Notes: a model not told the origin generated them from the letters alone. A stretch of DNA of 64,000 nucleotides from Octopus sinensis (GCF_006345805.1 NC_043002.1:58094001-58158000); one strand, 5' to 3'; positions 1-13,559 are shown, numbered from the stretch's first letter. Program-made: numbers and translations.

Positions 1-2381
1 GGATGGCTTTGGTTTTCACAAGTTCCTCTTTTGTTTGGAGCTGTAGCAGTTTGCCATTTATTCATAGAGTGCTCTATGAATTTTATGATTGTTTGTGCAA
101 CTTGGTTCATGGCTAGTGTTTCGAGAATCCATGTGTGGGGGATGCTATCAAACGCCTTTTTGTAGTCGATCCAGGCCATATTGAGGCCTTTCTTCTTTCT
201 GTGGCTGTCTTCAGTTATGGCTTTATTGATCATTAGTTGATCTTTACAGCCATATGAGCCTTTGCGGCATCCTTTCTGCTTTTCTGGAAACAGGTTGTTT
301 TCGTCCAGGTGCTTGTTCAATCTTTGCGATATCACTGCAGTAAATGCTTTATACATTGTAGGGAGACAGGTTATAGGTCTGTAGTTTTCTGGTTTTGCTG
401 TCTCATTTGATTTGGGAATTAAGATGGTTTTCCCTTTCGTGAGCCATTCAGGCATTGTCTCTGGCTCTGCCAGTATGTTGTTAAAATTTTCAGCCAGCTT
501 TTTGTGCATTCCTGTTAGATATTTCAACCAGAAGTTGGGGATCTTGTCATGCCCAGGTGTCTTCTAGATGCTTAGTCTTTGCAGTGCCTGGGTGACCTCT
601 TCAGTTGTTATGGGAGTCCAAAGTTGCTCAGATGCTGAGTTTGTTGCTTCAATACTCCTTTTTTTTGGTTGTTCGTTCGCCGACCATATTTCTCTCCAGA
701 ATTCATCCACTTCTTCTGCCGTTGTTGCTGCAGTGATTTCTATTTTATTTTTGCCAAGTTCTTGGTAGAACTTTTTGGGGTTGGAGTTGAACTGTTTGTT
801 TTGTTCAAAGAAACGTTGGCGTTTCTCGTACCGGCGGATCCTTTGTTCTTTGGCAAGGATATCTTGCTTCAGCTTTTCTTTTATCTCAGGTAAATCTTTT
901 TCTGTGGTGTTATATTTGCGGAGTATTTTTGTTTGTTGCTCAGTAGCGTTGATTGTCTACTGATTTCATTAAGAATCGACAGATCTTTTCTGATTTTTTG
1001 TAATTTCGTTTGGATGTTATTTATCCACAGGGTTTGTTTGGGTGGTGGTACTCCTGTTTGGATGGGTTTGAGGGAGTATCCAGCTTCTTTTGTGGCTGCA
1101 GTGGCTGCTGCATATACTAAGTCATTTAGCTCAGTGATATCGCTTTTTGTTTCAGTGGCTATTAGTTCTGTGACGGCTAGGTTTATGTTGTTTATAATTG
1201 ATGTTGTTGTTTTGTCTATTTTGATTTTTGGGAGGTATGGTCGGTGGTCCATTTTGAGCTCTGTGGTTTTCAATTCTTTGATTATTCTACTTTTTATATT
1301 ATCATAATCATTAGGCTCCCCTTCGTTGTTTCCAGGTTTTAGATTTGTGTCGCTTTCTATCTCATCCGTATGTTTTTTTGTCGTATTTTGGCTTGCTGTT
1401 TGTCGTGTATTATTATGTATCCTTACGGTCTGGGTTCGTTGTTTTTTGTTTACATCGTTTTTGTTGGAAATGCTACGTTTGTCTTCGTGTTTTACTGTTT
1501 CAGTGTTTATATTATTTGGCATTGTTGTGTGGCTTCTATCTACATTTTCCTGATGTATTTTTTCTTTTAAATGTTCTATTTCTATTTCTGATATTTTTTT
1601 TTTTTTGTGTTGAGAATATATCTCCGTATATTTGCTAGTTTATTAGGGCTCATTGTTGTATCCAGGTCTTTATTTATGTTATTTTTCTTCCATATTTTGT
1701 ATGTATGTGTTGTTGTATTTTCATTCTTTGGGTAGAGCACTGCTGTAAAGTAAGCGTGTAGGATAGAAATGTATTCCTCACGTGTCCATTTATGTCTTTT
1801 GGGTTTTATTTGCGGGACATGAGGAACAACGTCCGGCCCATTATTTTGACGGTCGTCATTTTCGTAGGGTACCGGTCCGTTCATTTCTGTTGCCACATTG
1901 TTTTGCACGGGTAGTTTTTCGTACATTTTATGTTGTAAGTTTACAGTACGTACTTCCCGATTGTGATTCTTGGGTTGAATAATACCGGTATTATTTAATT
2001 TATTCGTAATTTTTTTGTACATGGTGTTTGGGGCCGGAGATGATCTGGTGTTGATGGATCGTAATGTATCAAGCATGTTTACATGTGTTGTGTTAGAGGT
2101 GGAGATGATATCGAGTTAAAATACATCATTTCGTTTTGAAAATAGTAATAAATTTCAATGAGTATTACTTACTCGGATATAGTCCAATCCCTTGTCAGTT
2201 ATTTTTTAACTCCATGCGATGTCTTTGTTTCCGATGTTTGTGGATAGGTTTCGGAGCAGTTTTATCGCTCTCACATGTTTAACGTCCCCGGTGTAATCCT
2301 TATTTAACGTCCCCAGTGTAATCCTATCCTTATTTAACGTCCCCGGTGTAATCCTATCCTTATTTAACGTCCCCGGTGTAA
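1..2381 (-). mobile_element. R4/Dong-clade (RLE-type) non-LTR retrotransposon, 5' half (5' UTR, N-terminal region, start of RT), frameshifted; continues beyond the window start
   Basis: Minus-strand translation of 1-480 gives PEWLTKGKTILIPKSNETAKPENYRPITCLPTMYKAFTAVISQRLNKHLDENNLFPEKQKGCRKGSYGCKDQLMINKAITEDSHRKKKGLNMAWIDYKKAFDSIPH (non-LTR RT motifs). ORFs 1582-2076 (KRHKWTREEYISILHAY) and 881-1522 are the N-terminal region. Bases 1-330 closely match 20230-20557. Abuts (TTA)n at 2381. Confidence 0.9.
2278..2381. repeat. Four tandem copies of TTTAACGTCCCCGGTGTAA at the 5' end of the R4/Dong-like element
   Basis: Units start at 2278, 2303, 2333 and 2363, separated by TCCTTA or TCCTATCCTTA; the last unit runs into (TTA)n. 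Confidence 0.95.
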
Positions 2382-2406
2382 TTATTATTATTATTATTAT
2401 TATTAC

Positions 2407-2437
<31 letters not shown>

Positions 2438-2880
2438 GAGTGGGAGAGCAGTGCAATCCACCAAAGTGGCACCGGGGTAAAACATACGAAGCCCAGTATA
2501 CCCATCATGACTACACCAAGCACATGCATCACAACCAAATGTGCGCGACATGGTGATCTCATATCAAGATAAACAGCGCATGACCTTGCAGGTGGGGGCC
2601 CACTTAGAAGTTTCTTCTGGTCGAGTAGCCCATCCCGTTCAAAACGTCTTTGAATCAGGGTTGTTTAAGGATGTTGAACAAAACATCCATGTTTCCAGGG
2701 GTGAATTATTCAATGATCTCCTTTCAACACATGGCTTTGGTGCTCCCCCACTACTTCTGCTCGTGATCAGAGATGTACATAACGTTAGCCACTAAGGGAC
2801 ATGCTCAACTGTTTTAAGGTCAAACAACTGACAAGCAAATCTGTGGTATTGAGCAGAATATTTGCTGTAGCCCATCTTTT
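2438..2880. mobile_element. Non-coding interspersed repeat lying between TTA/TTG microsatellite tracts
   Basis: About 440 bp of complex sequence between (TTA)n 2381-2437 and (TTA/TTG)n 2934-3040. It resembles a dispersed octopus repeat from memory only; there is no second copy in the window. Confidence 0.4.
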
Positions 2881-3677
2881 ATGCCATCTGTTTTTGTAGT
2901 TAACCACCACCACCACCTCCTACTCCTACTCCTCATTATTATTATTATTATTATTATTATTGTTGTTGTTGTTGTTGTTATTATTATTGTTGTTGTTGTT
3001 GTTGTTGTTATTATTTTTATTATTATTGTTGTTGTTGTTTTAATTGAATTTGAATTTGCATAGAATTCTGCTTGGGTTTTCTTTTTTGCTTTGAAAAGAT
3101 AACAATCTTAGCATATGAAATGTAATCTAAATTATAAATTATGCTTAGAAATTTTTCGTCTTTTAATATTTATCTGTGTAGGTATGATTGTAGATTCGAC
3201 CAAAAATTTGAGGTAAGATATTTAATTAACAGACATCTTGTTTGACTTTCTTTCTTTGTTCCTTTGACTTTTTGTGGCTTTTGGGGCTATTTATTAATTT
3301 TTTCTTATTTTATTTTTCGTCGAGTCAATCTCCATTTCCAGTCAAAAAAGTAATTAATTTATCTCAATCAAGACATTTGTTTTGAAAACTGAAAAATTTA
3401 AAGAATAATTTCAGACAGGATGTTTCTTACTGTTCTCGTTGTTGCTGTTCTTATAGTTAATCGCCTCCTCCGCTTCTTCCTACTCCTTATCATCATCATC
3501 ATCACCATCATTATCACCTTTTTCCTTTTCTTTTTTCTACTTCATTTCCTATTGTCTCTTCGTCAATATGTAATTGTTTGTATGTATGTATACAAGAGTG
3601 AATGTATATATGTATGCAAACATACATACATTATAAATGTGCGCTTTATAAGTATGTGTGTATACATACATATATAC

Positions 3678-3745
<68 letters not shown>

Positions 3746-3748
<3 letters not shown>

Positions 3749-3884
3749 GGGGGGGGCTCTGTGGTAAGTAGCTGGCTTACCAACCAAATGGTTCCTACCT
3801 TGGGCATATGTCTTCTACTATAGCCTCGGGCCGACCAAACCCTTGTGAGTGGATTTGGTAGACGGAAACTGAAAGAAGCCCGTC

Positions 3885-3932
<48 letters not shown>

Positions 3933-4143
3933 TGTATGTGTATATTGTGTGTGTATGTCCAACATCGTTTGATAACCGATGGTGGTGTATTTACGGCCCT
4001 GACTTAGGGGTTGGCAAAATAGAGCGATAGAATAAGTACTAGGCTTACAAAGAATAAGTCCTGGGGTCGATTTGCTCTACTAAAGGCAGTGCTCCTGCAT
4101 GACCGCAGTCAAAATGACAGAAACAAGTAAAAGAGTAAAGAGA
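3746..4143 (+). mobile_element. tRNA-derived SINE (octopus-type) with internal (TA)n
   Basis: Degenerate tRNA-like head, then GGATTTGGTAGACGGAAACTGAAAGAAGCCCGTCG and a tail ending GAAACAAGTAAAAGAGTAAAAGAG. Homologous copies on the minus strand at 14560-14965 and 17155-17605. Confidence 0.85.
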
Positions 4144-4196
4144 ATACATAAATATAATATTGTGTGTGTATGTGTGTGTATGTGTATGTATGTATG

Positions 4197-4249
<53 letters not shown>

Positions 4250-4257
4250 TATATATA

Positions 4258-4299
<42 letters not shown>

Positions 4300-4582
4300 G
4301 CAGTGCTACATGTATATTTTCTTCTGAACTTTTGATATAGTTTTTTCATTATTTATCAAGCACAAGGAGCTGATCTTGCAACATCGTTAGAGCAGCGAGA
4401 AACTGCTTAGCAGCTTTTCTTCCAGCTCCTCACATTCAGAGTTCAAAACACCGTTGGAGGTCAACTCTGTCATTCAACATTTCGGGGGTTGATTATATCC
4501 AGAACCGATGAAAGGATTGATGTATCGTCTATCCCTTCTCTCTAAAATTACTCGTCCTGTACCAAAATATGACCGTGTGCGC

Positions 4583-4672
<90 letters not shown>

Positions 4673-4849
4673 AAGATAGATGACTGGATAGATACAGAAG
4701 TGGTTCATTGTGTGACCATGTGTGTGTAAAAGTAAAAATAGAGACAGAGAATGAGTAATATACAGGCATACATATTTATGAAAGAGGGAGAGATGGATGG
4801 ACGACAGACAGACTGACGGACGTATAGATAGATAGACAGACAGACAGAC

Positions 4850-5381
<532 letters not shown>

Positions 5382-5387
5382 GATATA

Positions 5388-5420
<33 letters not shown>

Positions 5421-5440
5421 GATAGATAGATAGATAGATA

Positions 5441-7056
5441 TGTTTCTTTATTAGCCACACAGGGCTGCACACAGATAGAACAAATTACAAGGTAGAGCTT
5501 TTCTTTTGAAGGTTTAAAAAAAAAAAAAAAAGGAAGGGGGAGTTTCGATCAAAGGGATCGTAAAAGGAGAGAAAGAGGACAAAAAAAAAGGGGGGTTAAA
5601 AAAAAAAGGGGGAGAGAGAAAAAAAATTGATCAATAGGGATCGTTATCACAGAAAGGTCAATATGAAGTGTAAAGGGGAGGACAGGTGAGGTTTACCCGT
5701 GGAAAGAAAAGCCTACGGAAAAGTCACATTTTATATTTTTTTTTTTTTTTTTGCAAATAAGCAACTCTCTGTTTTCGATTTCTGGGTCATAGGACTATGC
5801 TCAAGGTGGCTTCGTCATTCATACGTGCCATTCTTGCTACATTCACCCATCTTTTTTTAAAACATTCGCTAGACAAAACTTGCCTCTCTACTCTCACTTT
5901 CCTTTTCAAGTGGTACTTGAAGAAGTTGATGAGAGATTGACCAGAGAGGAAAGTGTTTGTCTCCAATCCTTTCAGGACGCGTCCACCAGATACATTCTTT
6001 CGCCATAGCCACAAGGATGATGAAAATAGCTCTTCCTTCCCGTTTGAAGGAAGGAGGCGTGACAATATTGACGATAGACTCAGCTGATAAACCGACTCGT
6101 CCCACACGTGACAGCAGTTGTTCGACACAAGCCCACAGGTCGGAAATTGTTGGACACTGAACGAGTGCGTGCAGAACGGTTTCGTCGCTCTGACCGCATC
6201 TCGGGCAGGTCGGCCCCGTGTTTCTCGAGCCGGTAGCGCTTCTCGGTAGCACTGCCAGGCCAGGGATCTCTGGAAGTTGTCCATGGGCCTGGCCGAAAGT
6301 CGTCCTGAACAGGCGGGTCAGGTACTCCTCGTCGACGTCCAGGTTCGCCCCGAGCTCGTCGTCGTACCCCCTCCACTAAACCCTATAGAATGCTTTGGTT
6401 GTGTTGAAGTCACTTAAGGTCGACCCAGGACGGCAGAGTTGCTTGAGAGCAACGCGACACTCGCGGTGCCATACGCCCTTCCTCGGCCTCTTTTTGATCC
6501 ACGACTGCAGTTCGGTCATGGAGACGAGCTGCGGGAAAGCGTGCCTCACAAACGGCGACCACACCTGTTCACCGTCGTCTACATAGAGCCAGACATGTCG
6601 CAGTCTCAGCGCGTGTCTGCGCATCATCAACCACGGCATGCCCAGCCCTCCTTTTAACGGGTGTTGACAGCAAATGGATCGCCTGACCATCGGGACGCAT
6701 CCTTTCCACAAGAAGCGAAAGAGGATGCGTTTGTTTGGTGATGGTAGGGTCGGGACAAGGTACGACGGTCAGGCGGGTAGTAGATGACGGACGCGATGTA
6801 CGTGTTCGCCACCTCCGCTCGACCTTTTAGGGACAGTTTCCTCTCGGCCCATTGCCGGGCGAGAGTGACCACCCTACTCGTTATCTCGTTCCAGTTCTTC
6901 TCCACTTGGAGGTCCGGACCAAACCAGACCCCGAGCAACTCAACCGGGCCGTCGGCCCAGCGTCCCACGACGGAGGCGCTGGTGGACGGCATGGGCTTGC
7001 TTCTCCAGGTGCCTAGTCGCAAGCCCACTGACTTTTCCCGGTTGATTTTCGCTCCT
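5441..7056 (-). mobile_element. 5'-truncated Tx1/L1-clade LINE (RT C-terminal region, zinc-finger-like CCHC, 3' UTR) inserted in (GATA)n
   Basis: Frameshifted minus ORFs give PVELLGVWFG, LSLKGRAEVANTYIASVIYY, HPLKGGLGMP and CPRCGQSDETVLHALVQC, all typical of L1/Tx1 ORF2 C-termini. Flanked by (GATA)n at 5421-5440 and 7057-7138. Confidence 0.85.
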
Positions 7057-7138
<82 letters not shown>

Positions 7139-7144
7139 CAGACT

Positions 7145-7283
7145 ACACATTATTTATTTTCTCTCCTTCTTTCTTTCTGTGTTCCTTTCTGTCGAAGAGT
7201 GTAGGCTCGAAACGTTAAAGACTTTTTCACTTCCCGAGCGTTAAACTAATACATCTGTTTGTTGTCTACACCACCTATATTCT

Positions 7284-7290
<7 letters not shown>
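7145..7290 (+). mobile_element. Short repeat resembling a Penelope-like element terminus (pLTR), carrying a hammerhead-like motif
   Basis: A homologous inverted copy at 24440-24615 lies directly beside a Penelope GIY-YIG remnant. Confidence 0.6.
7185..7220 (+). ncRNA. Minimal type I hammerhead-like motif, variant core
   Basis: CTTT-CTGTCGA-A-GAGT(GTAG)GCTC-GAAAC-GTT-AAAG. Stem I CTTT/AAAG, 4-bp stem II, loopless palindromic stem III; core CUGUNGA plus an extra A. Confidence 0.55.
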
Positions 7291-7340
<50 letters not shown>

Positions 7341-7598
7341 CTGGAACTTTTCAGAAACTGTTATTCGGAGTTTCACATAACCGATCATCAGAGAGATGTG
7401 AGCTTTTGGAAAAGAACAATGGCTTATATACAAAATGATGTATACATGTATGTGTGTGTACATACATGATTGCATGTATATATATAAATGTTATTGTATG
7501 CACTTATACATGTGTGCGTGCATGCATGTATGTCTATGTGTTATCTATTTATATATGTGTGTGTGTGAGTGTCTGTGTAGGTATGTATACATGACTGC

Positions 7599-7645
<47 letters not shown>

Positions 7646-8091
7646 ATTTATCTACTTATATGTGTATGCATGCTTAGATATGTTATTCTATGTTTTATGT
7701 GTGTATGTGTGTGTACAGAGAGAGAAAGTGAGAGCATAAAAGGTAAAAACAGAGACAGTTAAAATGGTGCAGGACATCTCATAACTTCCTACAAAATTGG
7801 AGCATTTTAATGAAAGATTGCAGAACTTTTTTTCAATGGAATAGGTTGGGATTATACTAATAAAATTCAGAGAAGCTATAATATATATCTATTGAAAATA
7901 CATAAATGTGAAATTTGTGTTTTAATTATATTTGAATAAAATAGATGTTTCTTTTGAAAATTAGCATTCATTTCATTATTTTGTATAAATACTAAGAAAT
8001 TTAAATGAAAGTTAATTATAATTATTGTATATATGGTATATGATAAAAGTACACTTCCAAAGTTACCCATCATATGGCGGGTAACATACTA

Positions 8092-8156
<65 letters not shown>

Positions 8157-8968
8157 ATATATTATATATATATATATGTGTGTGTGTTGATGTATGGATG
8201 TATGTATTATGTATGTATGTTGTTGAAAATGCACCCGAATTTGATAAAACTTTTAATTGTTTTTAAATAAATCTACTTACATACATACCAAACTAGTTTC
8301 GACAATATTTTTTTGTTTATCAATGATAAAAATTTTAAATTGTGAAGTAGAAAAACTTGTTTAAAAGATTCAATGTTTACAAGATTCAATAATATCAAAT
8401 ATGATTTAAATGTTCACAACATTCAAATATATAAAATATGGATTATCTTTTTTTATATATATCTTATCCTACTATTCTATAAGTCTTTTCACGTAGCTTA
8501 TCGACGAATCTTCCTTAGTCTTTTTTCAGAACTGGTACAGGTCTTGGGTCAGTTCAAAAATCCACAGGAATTTTTCGCGATGGTTCCGCGATATGCAGAT
8601 GCTGGTTCCGCGTTCTTTCGTCGCCTTGGTGTATGTATAGCAATTTTTGCACGTGTTATGTATTTTACTGTCCATTTACTCAAAGAAAATATCCAATTCT
8701 TTTACCAGGCTGGCAATAATGGCAAAAATTATAACAGATAGTATTCATTACCTGCAGGAATGAACAGTCTTCTATGCCAACGTGTCTGTGTTCGATTCCA
8801 TGTTGTATTATGTATGTTTGTATGTACGTACGTATGTATATGTGTGAGTGTATCTAAACAGATAGAGAGATAGACAGGTACGCAGGCAGGCAGGCAGGCA
8901 GGCAGGCAAGCAGACAGGCAGGCAAACAAACAAATAGATAGGCAGGCAGGCGGTTAGACAGATAGATA

Positions 8969-9155
8969 TGTTTCTTTATTAGCCACACAGGGCTGCACAC
9001 AGATAGAACAAATTACAAGGTAGAGCTTTTCTTTTGAAGGTTTAAAAAAAAAAAAAAAAAAAAGGAAGGGGGAGATTCGATCAAAAGGGATCGTAAAAGG
9101 AGAGAAAGAGGACAAAAAAAGGGGGGTTAAAAAAAAGGGGGAGAGGAAAAAAAAA
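8969..9155 (-). mobile_element. 3'-terminal 187-bp fragment of the same Tx1-like LINE, again in (GATA)n
   Basis: Near-identical to 5441-5625 (TGTTTCTTTATTAGCCACACAGGGCTGCACACAGATAG...). Preceded by GATAGATA and followed by GATA/GACA repeats to 9283. Confidence 0.9.
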
Positions 9156-9204
<49 letters not shown>

Positions 9205-9205
9205 T

Positions 9206-9284
<79 letters not shown>

Positions 9285-9718
9285 GTTGAGGTATCGTCGT
9301 AAAGGAATTAAATTGGTTTTAACCGGGGATTGAAACAGCCTCACAATCTAAGCAAAGAGATAAATTTTAGTTCCAAAACACTGGCTATACTCAAGAATGT
9401 GAGAATGTGTGATGTTCATCAGAACTTTCTTAAGATATCGAATGCAGCCGAAATGAATTGGTTTCCACTGGAAATCGAAATCTGTTCGCAGTTTGGAAAC
9501 GTCGGAAGGTTAGATGTCATTATGTATCGCTCGACACAGGTCAATCTTGTGAAGTTCCTGATGTGATCCTAATCAATCTAGAATTGAAACTGCATCGTGA
9601 TTTCCACCCTTCAGCTGCAGATATCTTCGATCAGTGCGGTTCTGCAATTAATGTAATCGCATCGATTAGTCAAACTAGTAGAAAATCGAAACTTTATTCG
9701 GGAATAGTTGATTGTAAT

Positions 9719-9806
9719 AGAGCAGTGGTTCCCGACCTTTTCACAGTGATTCCAAACACTTATTTAATTGAGTTTTCTCACGGACCTCCTTTAATGTGCT
9801 TATCCT

Positions 9807-9895
<89 letters not shown>

Positions 9896-10437
9896 CATAT
9901 ATATACATGCATATATATACACACATATATGGGTACAGGACGCCACCAATTGTCTATACATGAAGTACGAAATCAAACGAGTTAAATACGCAAACAACGA
10001 GAGGAAAATGGAAAACAGAACAAGTAAACACAGAGAACGACACTTCATCAGTTGTCGGCTGTCTATCTATTCCTCATTTCGAACATTTATCGACAATATG
10101 AGTCTTCAAAGACAGTGGCTTCCATAAAATCCAAAATAATATTTGGGATTTATGGAGGGTCAAAGTTGGGAACAAAACCCGGACAGTGGAGACATACAAG
10201 GAAACCGAACGAAAACAAACATGGGGGTCGTTAGACCAGACCGAGAGGAAAATAGTGAATGCTGAAAGAAATACTTTCTTTTAAAAGAGAAAAGATAGAA
10301 AAGAGAGAAAGAAAACGTCCAGTCCTTAGAACATCGTGCAATATATATGAAATTTTGGATTTATTTCACGGACCCCCTAGTACTACCTTTGCAGACCACC
10401 AGGGATCCGCTGACCCCAGGCTGCGAACCACTGCTCT
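9719..10437. mobile_element. hAT-like MITE split by a (TA)n tract and another repeat
   Basis: Inverted termini AGAGCAGTGGTTC (9719) and GAACCACTGCTCT (ending 10437). A homologous right half lies at 13680-13740. No intact 8-bp TSD is visible. Confidence 0.55.
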
Positions 10438-10789
10438 TGTGTATCCAGGTAAGTGCTCTGTCGAATGCTAGGTCTCCTAGAGCCGGTAACCGGGTTTTTA
10501 TGGTGTATAAGAGATCAAGATCATAACATTATCCCAGAACAGAACAGCAGTCAGTTGCAGAATTGCTAATTTAAACTGAGTGGACTGGAAGCAACGTAAT
10601 CTGAAGTGTTTTTACTCGAGGACACGAGGCACGGCTCGGATCGAGAATTGAAACCATGATCTTGCGTACAACAGTCTAACCCCTTGGCCTAACCTCATAT
10701 CCTAACCACATATCCTACTGCGTATTTATGACATTTCTTTAATCTCGAAAATTACAAAATAAGAATTTGCCACCGACGGAATATGAACT

Positions 10790-11035
10790 CGGACCATACA
10801 GATACGAAACTAGATACAATATAACATTCTTTTCTACTCTAGGCGTAAGATCCGAAATTTGTGAGGAGCGGGCCAGTAGATTGGATCGACACCAGTACAC
10901 AAGTGGTATCAGCCCCGAAAGGATGAAAGGAAAAATCGACCTCGGTGGAATTTGAACTCAGAACGTAAAGACAGACGAAATACCTCTAAGCATTTCGTCC
11001 AGCGTGCTAACATTACTGCCACCTCGCCGCCGCCC
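10790..11035 (-). mobile_element. tRNA-derived SINE, third family
   Basis: Reverse complement matches 21537-21700 (GTTCTGAGTTCAAATTCC.CCGAGGTCGA.TTT.CCTTTCATCCTTTCGGGG). Confidence 0.75.
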
Positions 11036-11409
11036 TTGTAGTGCCACTGTTCATGAAATGATGCATTAAAGTTTTAAGAATATTGATTTCTAATTTTTGA
11101 CACAAGGCCAGGAATCCCGGGGGATAGGGTAATTACATCAACTCTAGTTTTTAATTGGTACTTATTTTATCGAAAGGATAAAATACAAAATTGACCCCAA
11201 CAAATATTAGCAAATGAACTTTTATCGAAAACGCAAATTAATTAAATGTCTCTTTGCGACTTTTGTTTATTTATTTTTCATTAATATTTTTCATCTTGAT
11301 TCCAGCAAAATAATAATTGGTAATAATCAATTTGATTAGCTTCTATTTCTTAGGTTATTTTCTTGTGTGTGGGGGTGGGGGGGCAGAGAGAAAGAGAAAG
11401 AGAGAGTGT

Positions 11410-11449
<40 letters not shown>

Positions 11450-11669
11450 ATGTGTGTGTGAGTGTGTGCGTGGGCGTGTCTGTGTATGTGTGTGCGCAGG
11501 GTGATTTAAGTAGTGTTTCTGAAATTGTTTTATTTTAATAACAATTAATTAGTACCATCGAAATGACATTTCAAATGAGAGACATACGTTAAACCTTTTA
11601 GCACATGCAATATTTCTGTCCTTTGTTCTTAATTCTTATTTCAACTTCTTTTTTGTCACATTCAATACG

Positions 11670-11960
11670 AGCACTCCATCAGTTACGACGACGTGTGTTC
11701 AAGCTAATCTGATCAACGGAACAGCCTATTCGAGAAATTTGCGAGGAAATAGCTGAGCACTCCGCATGTACGCGTACCCTTAACGTAAGTCTCGGGGAGA
11801 TTTAGCATGACACAGAGTGTGACAATGCTCGTTCCTTTGAATTACAATTCATTTTTTGATTGCTGTGTGAAGTGGAGCAACGTGAAATAAAGTGTCTTGC
11901 TCAAGGACATAACTCACGCCCTTGTGATCGTGAGCATAATACACTAGTAACTAAACTACG
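11670..11960 (-). mobile_element. Degenerate SINE related to 4895-5283
   Basis: Shares AGCACTCC.TC.GTTACGACGA...ATCAACGGAACAGCCT...GCTGAGCACTCC...CCCTTAACGTA with 4903-5030. Confidence 0.7.
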
Positions 11961-12899
11961 CGCCTTCACTCTTCACTGTTACATTCAGTTCAGTAGATAA
12001 TAAGCCCAAGTTAAAGCTAAGTAGCTTATAAACAGCGACATTTAACCCATTGCCTGCCATGAGCCCCATCCGGGAATCTGCTAAAAACAGTCCCAATGCC
12101 GGTTGTATTCATAGTGAATTCCTTAAGAACATAGCATGTGCAGAGGTGTGTTTAACAATATTTAGTAGTTAAAGTTTGTCATTATCAGCTCTGGCTAATT
12201 CCAGAAGACATTTTATGTCATAAATCGCAATTTTTGAACTACAAAGAATATTGACTATTTTAAAAACGTCTTTCTTCTTCATTTTGCATTTCCCATCAAT
12301 ATCCTTCATTGATATTTCATGCACATTCGCATTTGATACTATAGTTTTAAAAAAAGCAAACTAAAATGTTTATTATTGCAATTGAATAGAAAAGGATAAA
12401 TATGCTTTTTTTTTCAGCGATCCCCAAAATAATTCACAAATGAAGAAAATTTAAATGCCCTATATTAACTCTTAAGACTTCTGGCAAAGCTAAAAAAATA
12501 TGAATAAAAATTTGGTAATTAATTGGTTAAATAGGACTAACAGAAGCTGAAGAATTTCTATGGCTATTTTGAAAATTTTGAGATTGTTTCAAGTTTATAG
12601 GAGAACATTAACACGTTGCCTATTAATGAGAGTCACTGATAACTCTTTAGTCTATATTCTTAATATATCACTGAAGTCACTTGTGACTCCCAAAGGTGAA
12701 ATTATTTTAAGGAACCTCACATTATTCTGGTTCAAACTGCGTTATTCGCATTTTAGAGAATCTACAAAACACAGATATCTGAAGGGTATGATCACTGTTA
12801 TCTCCACCATTAAAGTGCTGCCCTCCATAAAATAATTTTTACGAAAAAGAGGCCATTACGTCTTATATGATATAAACTGAAATATCTTTCTTTCTTTTT

Positions 12900-13495
12900 A
12901 GGTGACATGTCCAGAATATGGGATGCAGGCGATCATGTCTTACCACAATTCTCTGCTTTTTTTTGTGGCAGTTCCACTCCTTGATGTTTAATGCCTCTTT
13001 CTGCCAACCATTTCGTCAAGCTTCATATCTCCATCATCCTTTTCCTTCTCCTGCTTCTTTTCTCTTCCATCTTTCCAGTCATCACTAAATTCTCCAGGCC
13101 CTCTTTTCTCATCCTATAATAACCAGGAAATCTCAGTTGCTTAGCCCTTATCTCACAAAAATAGTTTCCCATTTATTGCAGCTTGGGTCCATTATTTTTT
13201 AATTAGACCCTTTGTTTGCCCTTGCTATCCTCAATATTCTTCTTAAGAACCACATTTCACAGCTCTCAAAGACCCTTCTCATTTCTGATGTTATAGACCA
13301 TGCCTGAATTATAACCTGCAGAAAAAACAACTAAAAAATAAATGAAAAAGTGAAATATAAATGAAAAATCTTATTTACTGCAGCTAGGGGTCATCCTTTC
13401 TTCATAAAGCACTTTGTCCATGCTATCCTCAATGTTTTTCTTAAGAATCACATTTCATTACTCTCCGAGACCCTTCTCATTTCTGATGCCATATG
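12900..13495 (-). mobile_element. Degenerate RTE-clade LINE 3' coding fragment with a local partial duplication
   Basis: Minus translation contains IRAKQLRFPGYYRMRKEGLENLVMTGKMEEKRSRRR, an RTE ORF C-terminal motif. The segment at about 13220-13300 is repeated at about 13410-13495. Confidence 0.65.
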
Positions 13496-13559
13496 TGTGT
13501 GTGCATATCTATATCTTTCTCTCTATCTATCTATTTGTCTATCTCTGTGTATCTGTTTG

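Noticed and set aside
8373-8810. 122-aa ORF and splice-like signals in a CpG-richer island
   Set aside because: No recognisable protein in any frame; the 5' part is AT-rich noise; the splice signals are ambiguous on both strands.
9290-9720. Overlapping ORFs in unique-looking sequence
   Set aside because: No motif is recognised, and the longest ORF owes its length to a downstream MITE and (TA)n.
12045-12480. TTAACCC start as a piggyBac-like terminus
   Set aside because: No matching inverted end was found.
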